Shown in pieces: positions 36,747-49,203 of a stretch of 64,000 bases of DNA. The DNA comes from Heptranchias perlo. Its lineage: Eukaryota. The notes beneath the pieces were generated by a model. It was not told the DNA's origin. It saw only the letters and a list, made by a program, of their open reading frames with translations, and made no database searches. The position numbers and the translations under genes were made by a program. Position 1 is the stretch's first letter. Each line of letters begins with the position of its first letter. The stretch spans positions 2,668,001 to 2,732,000 of the forward strand of contig NC_090365.1 in NCBI RefSeq assembly GCF_035084215.1, read 5' to 3'.

Positions 36747-38159
36747 GTAAGTCTTCTCATTCAACCTTTCGTTCAGTGGCTGTTCTGGCGGAAGAGGTGG
36801 GACACTTGATCAGGGTGCGCACCGAGCGGTCACCTGGAGAGCTTTTGAGCCAAGTGGCGGGTCGTGTAGGCGGCCAAGGGTGGTGGTGGTTGGCGGAAAC
36901 CGGAGAGGTAGACGGCAACGCAAGAAGGTGGGGGGAGGGGAGATTTCAGGGGGCTACCCACCGCAAGCTAGCACAGCACAGCCCCCTTTCACTGGGACCT
37001 GGGTTCAAATCTCGTCCAGGTTACGTGGGCTGAATGCCAACTCTCAGTTGCCCCTAAGACGCCGATGGGGGAATGAGTTTGAGCAGCCTCTGGGAGGTCA
37101 GTAGCACAAAACCTCTCCCCGAATCATTGGCAGGAAACACGGCGCTCTCACTTGGAGATAGCTGGTGTCGGAGATGGTAATCTCGCACTGCAGGGGTGCT
37201 CTGGTGAGGTTGGGGGCAAGAAGTAGAGTAAAAGGAGGTTTTCCCTTGCAGCTGACCGCTTTGTACCTCGCCTCGGAAGCTGACTTTGTGCCCGAAATGG
37301 GAAGCTGTTCCATTCCCTTCCCCGGCACTGACGTTCTCTCACCTCCGATCACATGAAGCATGAGGATTGTGGTCCCCGATCCTTCAACACTCTCGGTCCT
37401 CGGTTCCCTCGCGCTGGGCCAGGGGAGCAATCTTATGATTTGGTCCGCGCTTTGCCTTCTGAAGGGAAATTGAGGTAATTTTTAAACACGGGTCTCCTTT
37501 GTGTCCACCTACAGTATTGGCGGAACAGGCTCGAGGGGCTGAATGGCCTACTCCTGTTCCTGTTAGGGGGATTACATTCAGTGCTGTGCGCACAAACGCC
37601 CTTAATATTGAGGGAGGGGCAAATATACAACCCCCCCCAAATTGGTGTGAGCACCACAAGTGTTTTACATGTGTCTTCAGAAGAATTTCCTTGAGGTCTT
37701 CAGCCCACGTGGAGCAATTTGGTGATGAGCAGGGGGTCCTTCACCATGAGTTACACCTACACAGGAACCCTTAGGCTTGGGCGACTGAAGTGCTCAGCCA
37801 ATCGGAGCTCTCCAGTGGGACCCAATAAGATTGCCAGGTTTTAAAATGAAACCATGTGACATTGTCATGCCACCTTGTGGACAAAACCTTTATACCAGTT
37901 CATCACCTTTAAAGATTGTGCTATGCGCGTTAGCAGTGCCGCCATCTTGACATGGCAGCCAACGTCCAATTGGTTTTGGAAGCCGGTTGACTACGTTTCT
38001 TGATGCCCCTTTTCCTGATTTAGTAAATTGTCCCAAGGCCGCAGACTTTGGGGAGACTTAAATTCATGGTAAGAGGCCAGGCCTGCAGTCCGATTCTATC
38101 CGACTGCTGGCCGTGACGAGGTCTTGCTTTATCTCTACCTAAGTTGTTGCAATCCACGG

Positions 38160-38502
38160 ATTGCAATCTGGTTGAACGTACTCCTGGAGGTTTCATCACA
38201 TGACCTCCCATCCCTCCAATATTTTTATAACTAATAAATGAAAGTGTTCAAAGAAAATGAGAAAAAAAGGCACCTTTTTTTTTTAAATGGTGTTTCTCCT
38301 CGAGTTTGCTCGCAGCAGTGTCCAGGAAAGTGACCTCTCATCCCTGGAGACTGCAGGTCATCCCTGGAGACTGCAGGTCATCCCTGGAGACTGCAGGTCA
38401 TCCCTGGAGACTGCAGGTCATCCCTGGAGACTGCAGGTCATCCCTGGAGACTGCAGGTCATCCCTGGAGACTGCAGGTCATCCCTGGAGGGTTGGCAACC
38501 CC
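38160..38502 (+). mobile_element. hAT-type MITE containing a 20-bp tandem expansion (TCCCTGGAGACTGCAGGTCA x7, 38341-38480)
   Basis: MITE body and GGGTTGGCAACCCC end flank seven perfect 20-mers. Confidence 0.85.
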
Positions 38503-40015
38503 AACTGAGGAATAGGAAGGATGTTAATTGTGAGAGCTGAGGCTGAAGCTGGGTAATTCTCTGGTTCCTGATTGGGAGTGTGTTAGGAGTGGTGATGTTA
38601 CGGGGAGATCTTTCTCTGCGTCCCCTACCCTCCTGCCCGACCCCCCTCCCACCCCATCCTCTTCCGGACGCCACTGCTTCCGTTTTCTTCCCTCTTTTCT
38701 GTCCTTCCTGCACTTGACATGATAAACAGGTCGTGATCTGAGCTTCTGACCTGCACCCACGGGTGCAATGCTGATGTCATTGCGAATGAACGGTTGATTG
38801 ACGGTTCCTCTGCTCCTGCTCGATGCTCAGTGCCGCTTGTGGTGTGGGCCTGACCCGTAGGGAGTACAAAGAATGGAAGAGCTTGCATTAATATCGGGGC
38901 CTTTCACGGCCTCGGGACACCCCCGATGAAGTACTTTTCAAAGTGTGGTCACTGTTGTAACGTAAGGGGAAGGTCGGCGGCCCATTTAGCGAGGCCCCAG
39001 GCTCGTTTCCCCATTCACGCTGAGCTAGCAGGCCATTATGCCAGGCTGTGGTGGGGATGCTGCATCTGGGAGGGGGAGGACTTGGGCACAGTGTGCCCGC
39101 TGGCAGCCGCTGCCCACCAACACCTCCTGGACAGTGAGCAGGAGAACCTGGGCGAGGAGAGGGTCAACCTGGCTTGTGACGATTCCAAGCGTCAGGTAGC
39201 CGGCTGGCGGGTGAAGTGTGCCCACGTTGGTGAGGTGTGGGAGCGGAGCTGCCACCTTTTTGACAGCACCTTCAGGCGATGAGGGAGGATTGCAGAGTGG
39301 ACGGGAAACCTCAATAGGTGTTGGGTTAGAGGTGGGCTCTCGAACGGGAGGTCTCGTGTGACGGAGTGCACGTTAACATCTAAAAACCTAGGAGAATCAT
39401 GATGGCGCATCGTGGGTGGGGAGGGGAGATGAAGGGAAGGGGCTCTCGATCGTGGGTGGGGAAGAGGAGGAGGGTCCTGATGTCCCCACGGTGGGGAGTT
39501 CCTGATTTGGAAGGACCCCAAGAGGTTTCCCCAGCAGGAGAAATTGATTTGGAGGGCGAGTTACCAATCGCACGAACTGATGACTTAGAGGATTGGTCCC
39601 TGGAGGAAATTGCATAGTGCCCACTCTCAATGGTCAACTAGTTCATCTGGTGACCCACATGGACCAGGAAGTTCCCAGGTACAATCCCCGTTCTGGGCTG
39701 AGTTAGATGGGAATCGGTGAGGGTGCTGCAGTTATTCCCTGTGGCCCTGGATTAGGGGGTGAAAAAGCAGCCAAGGCTCTGACTCCTGACCACTGACCCT
39801 CTCCTGGGAGTGTGCGTGTGCGTGTGCGTGTGCGTGTGCGCGTGTGTGCGTGTGTGCGTGCGTGCACGTCAGGTGAGGGTGGGATTGGACTGGGCTCATC
39901 TCTCAAGGTTGTGTCGTCTGCCAGCACTCGTCGCTGGGAACAACAGCCACTTGTGGTGGGGTATCAGGACACAACTATATCCTGTAAAACCCTCCCATGG
40001 TGTCTTTGTCTTAAG

Positions 40016-40452
40016 GAAAGAAAGAACTTGCATTTATATAGCGCCTTTCTTAACCTCAGGATATCCCAAAGCGCTTTACAGCGAATGAAGTACTTTTGAA
40101 GTGTAGTCGCTGTTGTAATGTAGGAAACGCGGCAGCCAATTTGCGCACAGCAAGATCCCACAATCAGCAGTGTGATAATGACCAGATAATCTGTTTTTAG
40201 GAGGGATAAATATTGGTCAGGACACCCTGCGCTTCTTGGAAATAGTGGCCGTGGGTTCTTTTATGTCCGCCTGAGAGGGCAGACGGGACCTCGGATTAAC
40301 ATCTGAAAGACGGCACCTCTGACAGTGCAGCACTCCCTCAGTAGTGGCACTGGGAGTGTCAGCCTGGATTTTGGGTTCACATCTCTGGAGTGGGACTCGA
40401 ACCCATAACCATCTGACTCCGAGGCCAGAATGCTACCCACTGAACTGACACC
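40016..40452 (-). mobile_element. Near full-length Deu-domain SINE
   Basis: Homologous to 18888-19364. Confidence 0.82.
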
Positions 40453-41049
40453 TGACAGAGGAGGGAGAAGGTGATGCAGAAGAGGAAACAATGGGGGAAT
40501 ATTTATTTATTAGGGATAATTCCCCCATTCCCCACCCCGCCTTCCAATTCTCTCCCCACCTTCTGTGGGTGTTGATTCCTACAGGTTTGCTCAGCGACCA
40601 CTCCCGCTCACTGTATTGCAGGGGAGAGCAGTTGCGCCTTTGTTCCTGACCCAGCAGAGATTGGCCATCTCAGCAGAGAGCGAAGATCAGACCAGGGACC
40701 TCCCATTGACCCACCTCCCATCCAACTGAGAGAAGCATTTACCGCTTGAGTCGGCAATTTCCCCCCTCTGTGGTTCTCCGATGCAGTCAATATTTTGAAC
40801 GTCGCACAGAGTACGTGTGATATCTCGCGCTCGTCTGGCAGCAGACGTCCAATTCCCGAGGCCTTTGCAAAAGCGTTCTTGGGACCGTGTTGAAATATCC
40901 CACCGTTGTGTTTCGTTGAGCTTGGGCCAAACGGCTACCAAGTACCAAGGGGCCTGTCTACTCCAGTGACTTGCGTTCGTGCCTCGGTGATTGCATGGCT
41001 CCTCTTCCCGCCCTGGTTACTAATTTCCGGTGTCTCTTCTTTTGTTGAG

Positions 41050-41094
41050 GGTCGCAGACGAACCTGAGAGAAACTGGAGACCTGAGGTCACAAG
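41050..41094 (+). CDS. MARK4: MARK4 exon 17, dual-frame (L: VADEPERNWRPEVT; S: SQTNLRETGDLRSQ)
   Basis: gttgag|...|gtgagg, 45 nt; open in both frames. Confidence 0.88.
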
Positions 41095-41157
41095 GTGAGG
41101 CGACTGACCATCAGTTTCTTTACTTGCTTTTTTTATTTCAGTGAACACATCGGGAGA

Positions 41158-41430
41158 GCACAGCAAGATCCCACAAACAGCAGTGAAATGAATAACCAGT
41201 TAATGTCTCTTTGGTCGTGTTGGTTGAGGGATAAATGTTGGACCAGGCCACTGGCTGAGCTCCTCTGCTCTTCTTCACACAGTGGCCGATGGATCTTTAA
41301 TGTCCACCTGAGAAGGCAGACGGGGCCTCAGTTTAACGTCTCATCTGAGAGACGGCACCTCCGGCAGTGCAGCACTCCCTCAGCACTGGCACTGGGAGTG
41401 TCGGCCTGGATTATGTGCTCGAGTCTCTGG
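41158..41430 (-). mobile_element. Deu-domain SINE internal fragment
   Basis: Homologous to 18888-19364. Confidence 0.75.
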
Positions 41431-42675
41431 AATGTTGTGCATTTAAAGGGAACGTGCCAGTGTTAAGCACACACCAGGTGTGACCAAGAATAAGAGATGC
41501 CATAAAAAGCAGAAGGGAGGGAGTGAGAAATTGGTGATGGCAGATATGTTGTGAGATCAATGCATCGTCTGTGGAAAAGAGACCATATTCCTGTGGGAAC
41601 ATGTTTGGACCTGTGTGGTGGGTTAGTCACCGGCCTTTCACCTCTGGGACCCGGGTTCAGATCCAGCCCAGACTGATGGGGTTGGAAGTCTCTCTGTCTG
41701 CTAGCTGCAGTGTGTGGGGGCAGCCTCACCCCCGTTCCTAAGGGGTTTAGACCCAAAATTGACCATAATTAAACAAGTAATCTTGGAGAAGCCATAGGAT
41801 GGCAGCTGTGGTAAGTGGGAAAAATGTGAGGCAGGTGTAGTACAGGATTGTCCCCAGAGGCTGGAGCTGAAGAATTTGCTGGCGACTGGAGCATTGGGTG
41901 CTGTCTCTCTGCCTTCAGGAGGGAACTGGACCGATTCCTGGCTGGGGCAGAGATCACATCATACAGAAGGTCAGTGTCTTTATAGATAACACTCTGACCA
42001 TGTGATCTCCTGGACTGGTTTCAATTGCCTGAGGGGGTGGGGGAGGAATTTTCCAGAGTATTTTTTTTCCCCTTATTGACCCTGGGTTTTTCTGGGTGGG
42101 TGGGGAGGGGGGTTTGCCTCTCCCAGGAGATTACATGGCTGTGGGAGAGGAGGGGGGAGAGGGGGAAGTGTCTCGTCCTGATGCTCTGGCCATCATGGTG
42201 TGTGGGGCAGGCTTGATGGACCCGCTGGTCTTTTCCTGCCCATTAATTCCAGATGTTGGTAATCTGCTCCTGGTGTGATTGGGAGCGCTGAGCTGGAGGA
42301 AATTGAGGGATCGTGTTCCTGGTCTTGACCAATATCCCGTGACTCCTGCTGGGAATTCTGCGTGTGCATGAACATTGGGTAAGAACGAGATCAGGCTGTA
42401 ACTGCCCCTCTGGTTAAACAGCCCGCTGTTGCTTGCTGTCGATATTCGTGCATGAAGAATTGTCATTTGGGCAACGTACTAGTGTGCAATGGGCACGTGT
42501 GGGCACCTCGCAGGTCATAAAGGTCACAGGTCAGCTGTGCTGTCTGACCAGTGGTAGGGTTGCTATAATTGACCTCCACTCCTCTTCAATGAGGCAAAGC
42601 AAAACCAGCCGGGGGTTCCTGCTCCCGATCAATAGCCAGCAATCCCTGCTAGAAAAAGGACAGGATAAGGCTCAG

Positions 42676-43158
42676 CTGTACCTGCCCTGGGCGTGTTTGA
42701 TGGGACAGTGTAGAGGGAGCTTTACTCTGTATCTAACCCTGTACCTGACCCTGGGAGTGTTTGATGGGACAGTGTAGAGGGAGCTTTACTCTGCATCTAA
42801 CCCTGTACCTGACCCTGGGAGTGTTTGATGGGACAGTGTAGAGGGAGCTTTACTCTGCATCTAACCCTGTACCTGACCCTGGGAGTGTTTGATGGGACAG
42901 TGTAGAGGGAGCTTTACTCTGTATCTAACCCTGTACCTGACCCTGGGAGTGTTTGATGGGACAGTGTAGAGGGAGCTTTACTCTGTATCTAACCCTGTAC
43001 CTGCCCCGGGGAGTGTTTGATGGGACAGTGTAGAGGGAGCTTTACTCTGTATCTAACCCTGTATCTAACCCTGTACCTGCCCCGGGGAGTGTTTGATGGG
43101 ACAGTGTAGAGGGAGCTTTACTCTGTATCTAACCCTGTACCTGCCCCGGGGAGTGTTT
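42676..43158. repeat. 63-bp minisatellite, array 1 (about 7.5 copies)
   Basis: Unit CTGTACCTG(A/C)CCTGGGAGTGTTTGATGGGACAGTGTAGAGGGAGCTTTACTCTGTATCTAACC. Confidence 0.95.
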
Positions 43159-43282
43159 GCTGACATTGGGTGCTTAAAACAACTTCCTGTTCTGCAGCTT
43201 CCCCTCGAGGAGCACAAGAAAAGTTCAAGGTGAGGAGAAAGGCAGTCGAACTGATTTGTATTTTCCCCTCTCTTTGTTTTAG

Positions 43283-43616
43283 TTGCAATGTATCTTGGGA
43301 TCAAAAAGAAACAAAGCCCAGGTCGATCAGACTTACCTGGAATATAAAAATCACCAGCTCACGGGACCCGAGTGAGATGATAGGTCTCATCTGCCAGGTC
43401 CTGGAGATGAACGGCTGTGACTACCAGCAACAGGAGCCTTTCCTCTTGTCCTGCACTCACGGCCAGGAGACCACCGAACAATTTGTCCAGTGGGAGGTCG
43501 AGGTGTGTCGACTGCCAAATCTCTCCGTCAACGGAGTGCGTTTTAAGAGGACATCGGGGACCTTCTTATCATTCAGGAACATAGTGACCAAAATCACCAG
43601 TGAATTAAAGCTTTAA
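43283..43616 (+). CDS. MARK4: MARK4 exon 18: KA1 domain in L frame (ends ELKL*); S frame stops at 43345-43347
   Basis: ttttag| acceptor; KPRSIRLTW...[10 protein letters not shown]...GVRFKR..GT...ELKL is a canonical MARK KA1 C-terminus. Confidence 0.95.
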
Positions 43617-44589
43617 ACACCCAATGGCAAGACACGGTGTCAACCAGGCTGAAGAGGAATTTTAATGTTTCTTTTCTGTTGTTTTTTTGGTTGCTCCTCT
43701 TCCTCCTCTCGAGAAGCTGGCTACAAATTTCGCACCCAAGTTCAAACAAAGACAAACAAATTCACAGCCACCGTCCCCGTTTTCTTGACCGTCTTCTCGG
43801 CCTGTGTGGTGGCCGCACCCACCCCCCTCCCCCCCGCCAAATGCACGGTCATGGGATTGGAGTCACATTGTCCTCTTCCCACCCTCAATCCCGGGACTGC
43901 CGGTCACTCTGATCTGCCTGCCGTCAGTCGGGATGAGTTACGGCGGCTTTTGGATGTGGCGACTGGGTTCAGTTTCTGACCTTGGGGCGTTGAGAGAGAG
44001 AGGGAGAGAGAAAGAAAGAAAGAAAGAAAGAGAAAAGGGAAGAGTGGACATGGTGGGATATGTGTCGTTGCCTGTTGCACCTCACTTTTGAGGTGTGCCT
44101 CCTGACAAAGGGCCTTCACGGAGGAGAGGCCCACAGCCAGGATGTGCCCAACGGAGGGGACTTACCCTCCCACCAGAAGAATGAGTTGGTGGGCAAGTCG
44201 TTCCTGGCCACCTTCTCCCCCCACCCAGCCCCCTCCACTACTGACATCTGAGCTAGAGTAGCTTTGGTGGAGGGCTGGGAGGGAGGAGGGTAACAGATTA
44301 ACTTGGAAGAGGAGAGAAGTTAAGCTTTGAAATAGAGAGGTGGTTAAATGGTTCTTAGTTGGGATGTAGGTTTCTCATCGGCTGCTGTGACGAGAACAGC
44401 ACGATTGAGTCAACAAAGATCTGATGAACCTCACCAGATCCGTGTCTCCTGGGTTGGGGTGATGAGCAGCCTTGTTTCTCTCATTCTGAGCCATGAAGGG
44501 ACTGAAAGCACTGGGTTCAAATCCAGCCCCACATCTTTGGGCTATCTTTGTTCCTGTACGTGTTACTCTCTCTCTCTGTGGCTCTTTCA

Positions 44590-47500
44590 CTTGTATTTCT
44601 TTTCTGTCTGTCTTTCTTTTCTGTCTGTCTGTGTCTTTCTCTGTCTCTGTCTGTGTCTTTGTCTCTGTCTCTGTCTGTGTCTTTCTCTCTCTGTGTCTTT
44701 CTCTGTCTCTGTCTGTCTCTGTCTGTGTCTCGCTCTCTGTCTGTGTCTCGCTCTCTGTCTGTGTCTCGCTCTCTGTCTGTGTCTCGCTCTCTGTCTGTGT
44801 CTCGCTCTCTGTCTGTGTCTCGCTCTCTGTCTGTGTCTCGCTCTCTGTCTGTGTCTCGCTCTCTGTCTGTGTCTCGCTCTCTGTCTGTGTCTCGCTCTCT
44901 GTCTGTGTCTCGCTCTCTGTCTGTGTCTCGCTCTCTGTCTGTGTCTCGCTCTCTGTCTGTGTCTCGCTCTCTGTCTGTGTCTCGCTCTCTGTCTGTGTCT
45001 CGCTCTCTGTCTGTGTCTCGCTCTCTGTCTGTGTCTCGCTCTCTGTCTGTGTCTCGCTCTCTGTCTGTGTCTCGCTCTCTGTCTGTGTCTCGCTCTCTGT
45101 CTGTGTCTCGCTCTCTGTCTGTGTCTCGCTCTCTGTCTGTGTCTCGCTCTCTGTCTGTGTCTCGCTCTCTGTCTGTGTCTCGCTCTCTGTCTGTGTCTCG
45201 CTCTCTGTCTGTGTCTCGCTCTCTGTCTGTGTCTCGCTCTCTGTCTGTGTCTCGCTCTCTGTCTGTGTCTCGCTCTCTGTCTGTGTCTCGCTCTCTGTCT
45301 GTGTCTCGCTCTCTGTCTGTGTCTCGCTCTCTGTCTGTGTCTCGCTCTCTGTCTGTGTCTCGCTCTCTGTCTGTGTCTCGCTCTCTGTCTGTGTCTCGCT
45401 CTCTGTCTGTGTCTCGCTCTCTGTCTGTGTCTCGCTCTCTGTCTGTGTCTCGCTCTCTGTCTGTGTCTCGCTCTCTGTCTGTGTCTCGCTCTCTGTCTGT
45501 GTCTCGCTCTCTGTCTGTGTCTCGCTCTCTGTCTGTGTCTCGCTCTCTGTCTGTGTCTCGCTCTCTGTCTGTGTCTCGCTCTCTGTCTGTGTCTCGCTCT
45601 CTGTCTGTGTCTCGCTCTCTGTCTGTGTCTCGCTCTCTGTCTGTGTCTCGCTCTCTGTCTGTGTCTCGCTCTCTGTCTGTGTCTCGCTCTCTGTCTGTGT
45701 CTCGCTCTCTGTCTGTGTCTCGCTCTCTGTCTGTGTCTCGCTCTCTGTCTGTGTCTCGCTCTCTGTCTGTGTCTCGCTCTCTGTCTGTGTCTCGCTCTCT
45801 GTCTGTGTCTCGCTCTCTGTCTGTGTCTCGCTCTCTGTCTGTGTCTCGCTCTCTGTCTGTGTCTCGCTCTCTGTCTGTGTCTCGCTCTCTGTCTGTGTCT
45901 CGCTCTCTGTCTGTGTCTCGCTCTCTGTCTGTGTCTCGCTCTCTGTCTGTGTCTCGCTCTCTGTCTGTGTCTCGCTCTCTGTCTGTGTCTCGCTCTCTGT
46001 CTGTGTCTCGCTCTCTGTCTGTGTCTCGCTCTCTGTCTGTGTCTCGCTCTCTGTCTGTGTCTCGCTCTCTGTCTGTGTCTCGCTCTCTGTCTGTGTCTCG
46101 CTCTCTGTCTGTGTCTCGCTCTCTGTCTGTGTCTCGCTCTCTGTCTGTGTCTCGCTCTCTGTCTGTGTCTCGCTCTCTGTCTGTGTCTCGCTCTCTGTCT
46201 GTGTCTCGCTCTCTGTCTGTGTCTCGCTCTCTGTCTGTGTCTCGCTCTCTGTCTGTGTCTCGCTCTCTGTCTGTGTCTCGCTCTCTGTCTGTGTCTCGCT
46301 CTCTGTCTGTGTCTCGCTCTCTGTCTGTGTCTCGCTCTCTGTCTGTGTCTCGCTCTCTGTCTGTGTCTCGCTCTCTGTCTGTGTCTCGCTCTCTGTCTGT
46401 GTCTCGCTCTCTGTCTGTGTCTCGCTCTCTGTCTGTGTCTCGCTCTCTGTCTGTGTCTCGCTCTCTGTCTGTGTCTCGCTCTCTGTCTGTGTCTCGCTCT
46501 CTGTCTGTGTCTCGCTCTCTGTCTGTGTCTCGCTCTCTGTCTGTGTCTCGCTCTCTGTCTGTGTCTCGCTCTCTGTCTGTGTCTCGCTCTCTGTCTGTGT
46601 CTCGCTCTCTGTCTGTGTCTCGCTCTCTGTCTGTGTCTCGCTCTCTGTCTGTGTCTCGCTCTCTGTCTGTGTCTCGCTCTCTGTCTGTGTCTCGCTCTCT
46701 GTCTGTGTCTCGCTCTCTGTCTGTGTCTCGCTCTCTGTCTGTGTCTCGCTCTCTGTCTGTGTCTCGCTCTCTGTCTGTGTCTCGCTCTCTGTCTGTGTCT
46801 CGCTCTCTGTCTGTGTCTCGCTCTCTGTCTGTGTCTCGCTCTCTGTCTGTGTCTCGCTCTCTGTCTGTGTCTCGCTCTCTGTCTGTGTCTCGCTCTCTGT
46901 CTGTGTCTCGCTCTCTGTCTGTGTCTCGCTCTCTGTCTGTGTCTCGCTCTCTGTCTGTGTCTCGCTCTCTGTCTGTGTCTCGCTCTCTGTCTCTGTCTCG
47001 CTCTCTGTCTCTGTCTCGCTCTCTGTCTCTGTCTCGCTCTCTGTCTCTGTCTCGCTCTCTGTCTCTGTCTCGCTCTCTGTCTCTGTCTCGCTCTCTGTCT
47101 GTGTCTCGCTCTCTGTCTCTGTCTCGCTCTCTGTCTCTGTCTCGCTCTCTGTCTCTGTCTCGCTCTCTGTCTCTGTCTCGCTCTCTGTCTCTGTCTCGCT
47201 CTCTGTCTCTGTCTCGCTCTCTGTCTCTGTCTCGCTCTCTGTCTCTGTCTCGCTCTCTGTCTCTGTCTCGCTCTCTGTCTCTGTCTCGCTCTCTGTCTCT
47301 GTCTCGCTCTCTGTCTCTGTCTCGCTCTCTGTCTCTGTCTCGCTCTCTGTCTCTGTCTCGCTCTCTGTCTCTGTCTCGCTCTCTGTCTCTGTCTCGCTCT
47401 CTGTCTCTGTCTCGCTCTCTGTCTCTGTCTCGCTCTCTGTCTCTGTCTCGCTCTCTGTCTCTGTCTCGCTCTCTGTCTCTGTCTCGCTCTCTGTCTCGCT

Positions 47501-47747
47501 CTCTGTCTCGCTCTCTGTCTCGCTCTCTGTCTCGCTCTCTGTCTCGCTCTCTGTCTCGCTCTCTGTCTCGCTCTCTGTCTCTGTCTCTGTCTCGCTCTCT
47601 GTCTCTGTCTCTGTCTCGCTCTCTGTCTCTGTCTCTGTCTCGCTCTCTGTCTCGCTCTCTGTCTCTGTCTCGCTCTCTGTCTCTGTCTCTCTCTCTGTCT
47701 CTCTCTCTCTGTCTCTCTCTCTCTGTCTCTCTCTCTCTCTCTGTGTC
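44590..47747. repeat. About 3.1-kb 18-bp minisatellite (CTGTCTGTGTCTCGCTCT)n with variant blocks
   Basis: About 125 identical units to about 46990, then CTGTCTCTGTCTCGCTCT, then 12-mers. Confidence 0.98.
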
Positions 47748-49203
47748 TTTATTTTCCTTCCCTCTTCAATGAAAAGTCCTATATGAAAAGAATCTGGGCA
47801 CCTCAACAGAATTCTTGGTGGGTGCGAGTTCAGAGGACACAATCCAGTGTCAGTTGGCACAAATGAAGGAAATCTCACAGGCAGTAGGGGGATGCAAGTT
47901 ATTGGAAACACAATTACCAGTGCAACAGTGAGGGGTGCGCTCCTGAATTTTAGGTTGAAATGCATCACTAGTGCAGTCCAGGGTTGGTCTGAGATCCACG
48001 CGTCCTGTTCTGTACCTGACCTGGGGAGTGAGACATGGTGGCACAGAGTGTTCCATTCCTTGCCTTGTAGAGTGAAGATTTACCTTTTCCCCTTGCCCCT
48101 CCCAGAAAGGGAATAAGAAAACCCCCATAATACCAGAGGTATGAAGCAAGTATCTGAAACACTACAGTATCGGGCTGAGACTGGACCTGGTGACTGACAT
48201 TATTTTTAGGATGATTTGTGTCGGTTTCGACTTTTTTTTAAGATTAATTTTATCGGTTCAGTGAAACGTTCCAGTTAATAACATCCACACCAAGCAAACG
48301 TCTCTCAAGTTACATTGAGGCAAAGCCAAGTGATTGATTAGCGACCGACTGTTTTCCTGTGACTGGGAGAGACGGGAATGTTGAAGGGTAAGAATGGAAG
48401 AGAGGCCATTCTGCCCTTGAGCTCGCCCCGCTATTGAGGCCCATGTATGGGATCGGCCTGGACAACTTCACACTCTCTCTATATGTCTCCTTGATCTTAA
48501 AGAGAATTGTTAACGTGGATTTAAGTTATGATGGAATAATTGTGTAATTTGATGTTGACATTGGGGCCATTTTTGTTTGTCGTCATATACTTGTTTGGAC
48601 TCTACACGTGTACTGTATCGACAAAGGTTCGGCCTGCTTATAGGATGGTGTTTAGTTCCAAAACCCAATACGGTGGTGAGCAATCAGCCGCCCCTCAGAG
48701 TTCTCGATGATCTTTCTTTAAAGGGTCTTGCAATACCAAGGTTGCCCTAAAACCAGGTTTAAACAATCCACTATTGTTTGGCATTGTCTGACGCACTTTC
48801 CCCACTGGGTACATACACGAGGCTGCGTGGAATCGAGCCCTATTGACCAGCACAGTCCCAGGCTCTATGCTGAGTTAGCTGATCTCAGTCAAGGTGGCAC
48901 TGGACACGTGTTCCTGGGCCAGGGAAGGGAAAAGCCAGTCAGTATCTCCCCCGCCCCCCCCACTACTCCCAGTTAGGGAGTCTTTGTTGGAGAAGTGAGC
49001 ATTGTGGGGGCAGGGCTGGGCTTGGCTGTGAAGGTCAAAAGGCCTTCTGTCACTTCCAGTCCGGACTGGTGCTTGATGAATGGCCACTTGTGTGAGGTAC
49101 CAGCGAGGTGAGAAATAGTCGTGCAGCTGTAATAAGGAGAGTAAGAAATGGAAAAATGTCACCCCAGTGAGAGCTGTTCTAGGGTTTGGACTGAGGCTTA
49201 TCA

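Noticed and set aside
36743..36748. Alternative exon-16 donor GTTAGT (79-nt exon)
   Set aside because: Weaker than GTAAGT at 36747 and gives an early TGA in exon 17; only the 83-nt form gives the conserved S frame.
37681..37774. Possible extra MARK exon (cttcag|RRISLRSS..., faintly like the MARK2/3 N.SFRF microexon)
   Set aside because: No credible donor at 27 nt, and the similarity is too weak.
39399..39617. 72-aa ORF with an acidic tail (DDLEDWSLEEIA)
   Set aside because: In-frame stop just upstream, no polypyrimidine acceptor and no recognisable homology.
44348..47968. ORFs longer than 1000 aa on both strands (LCLCLA, TESETQ, SRSLSV)
   Set aside because: Translations of the 18-bp satellite; no domain content.
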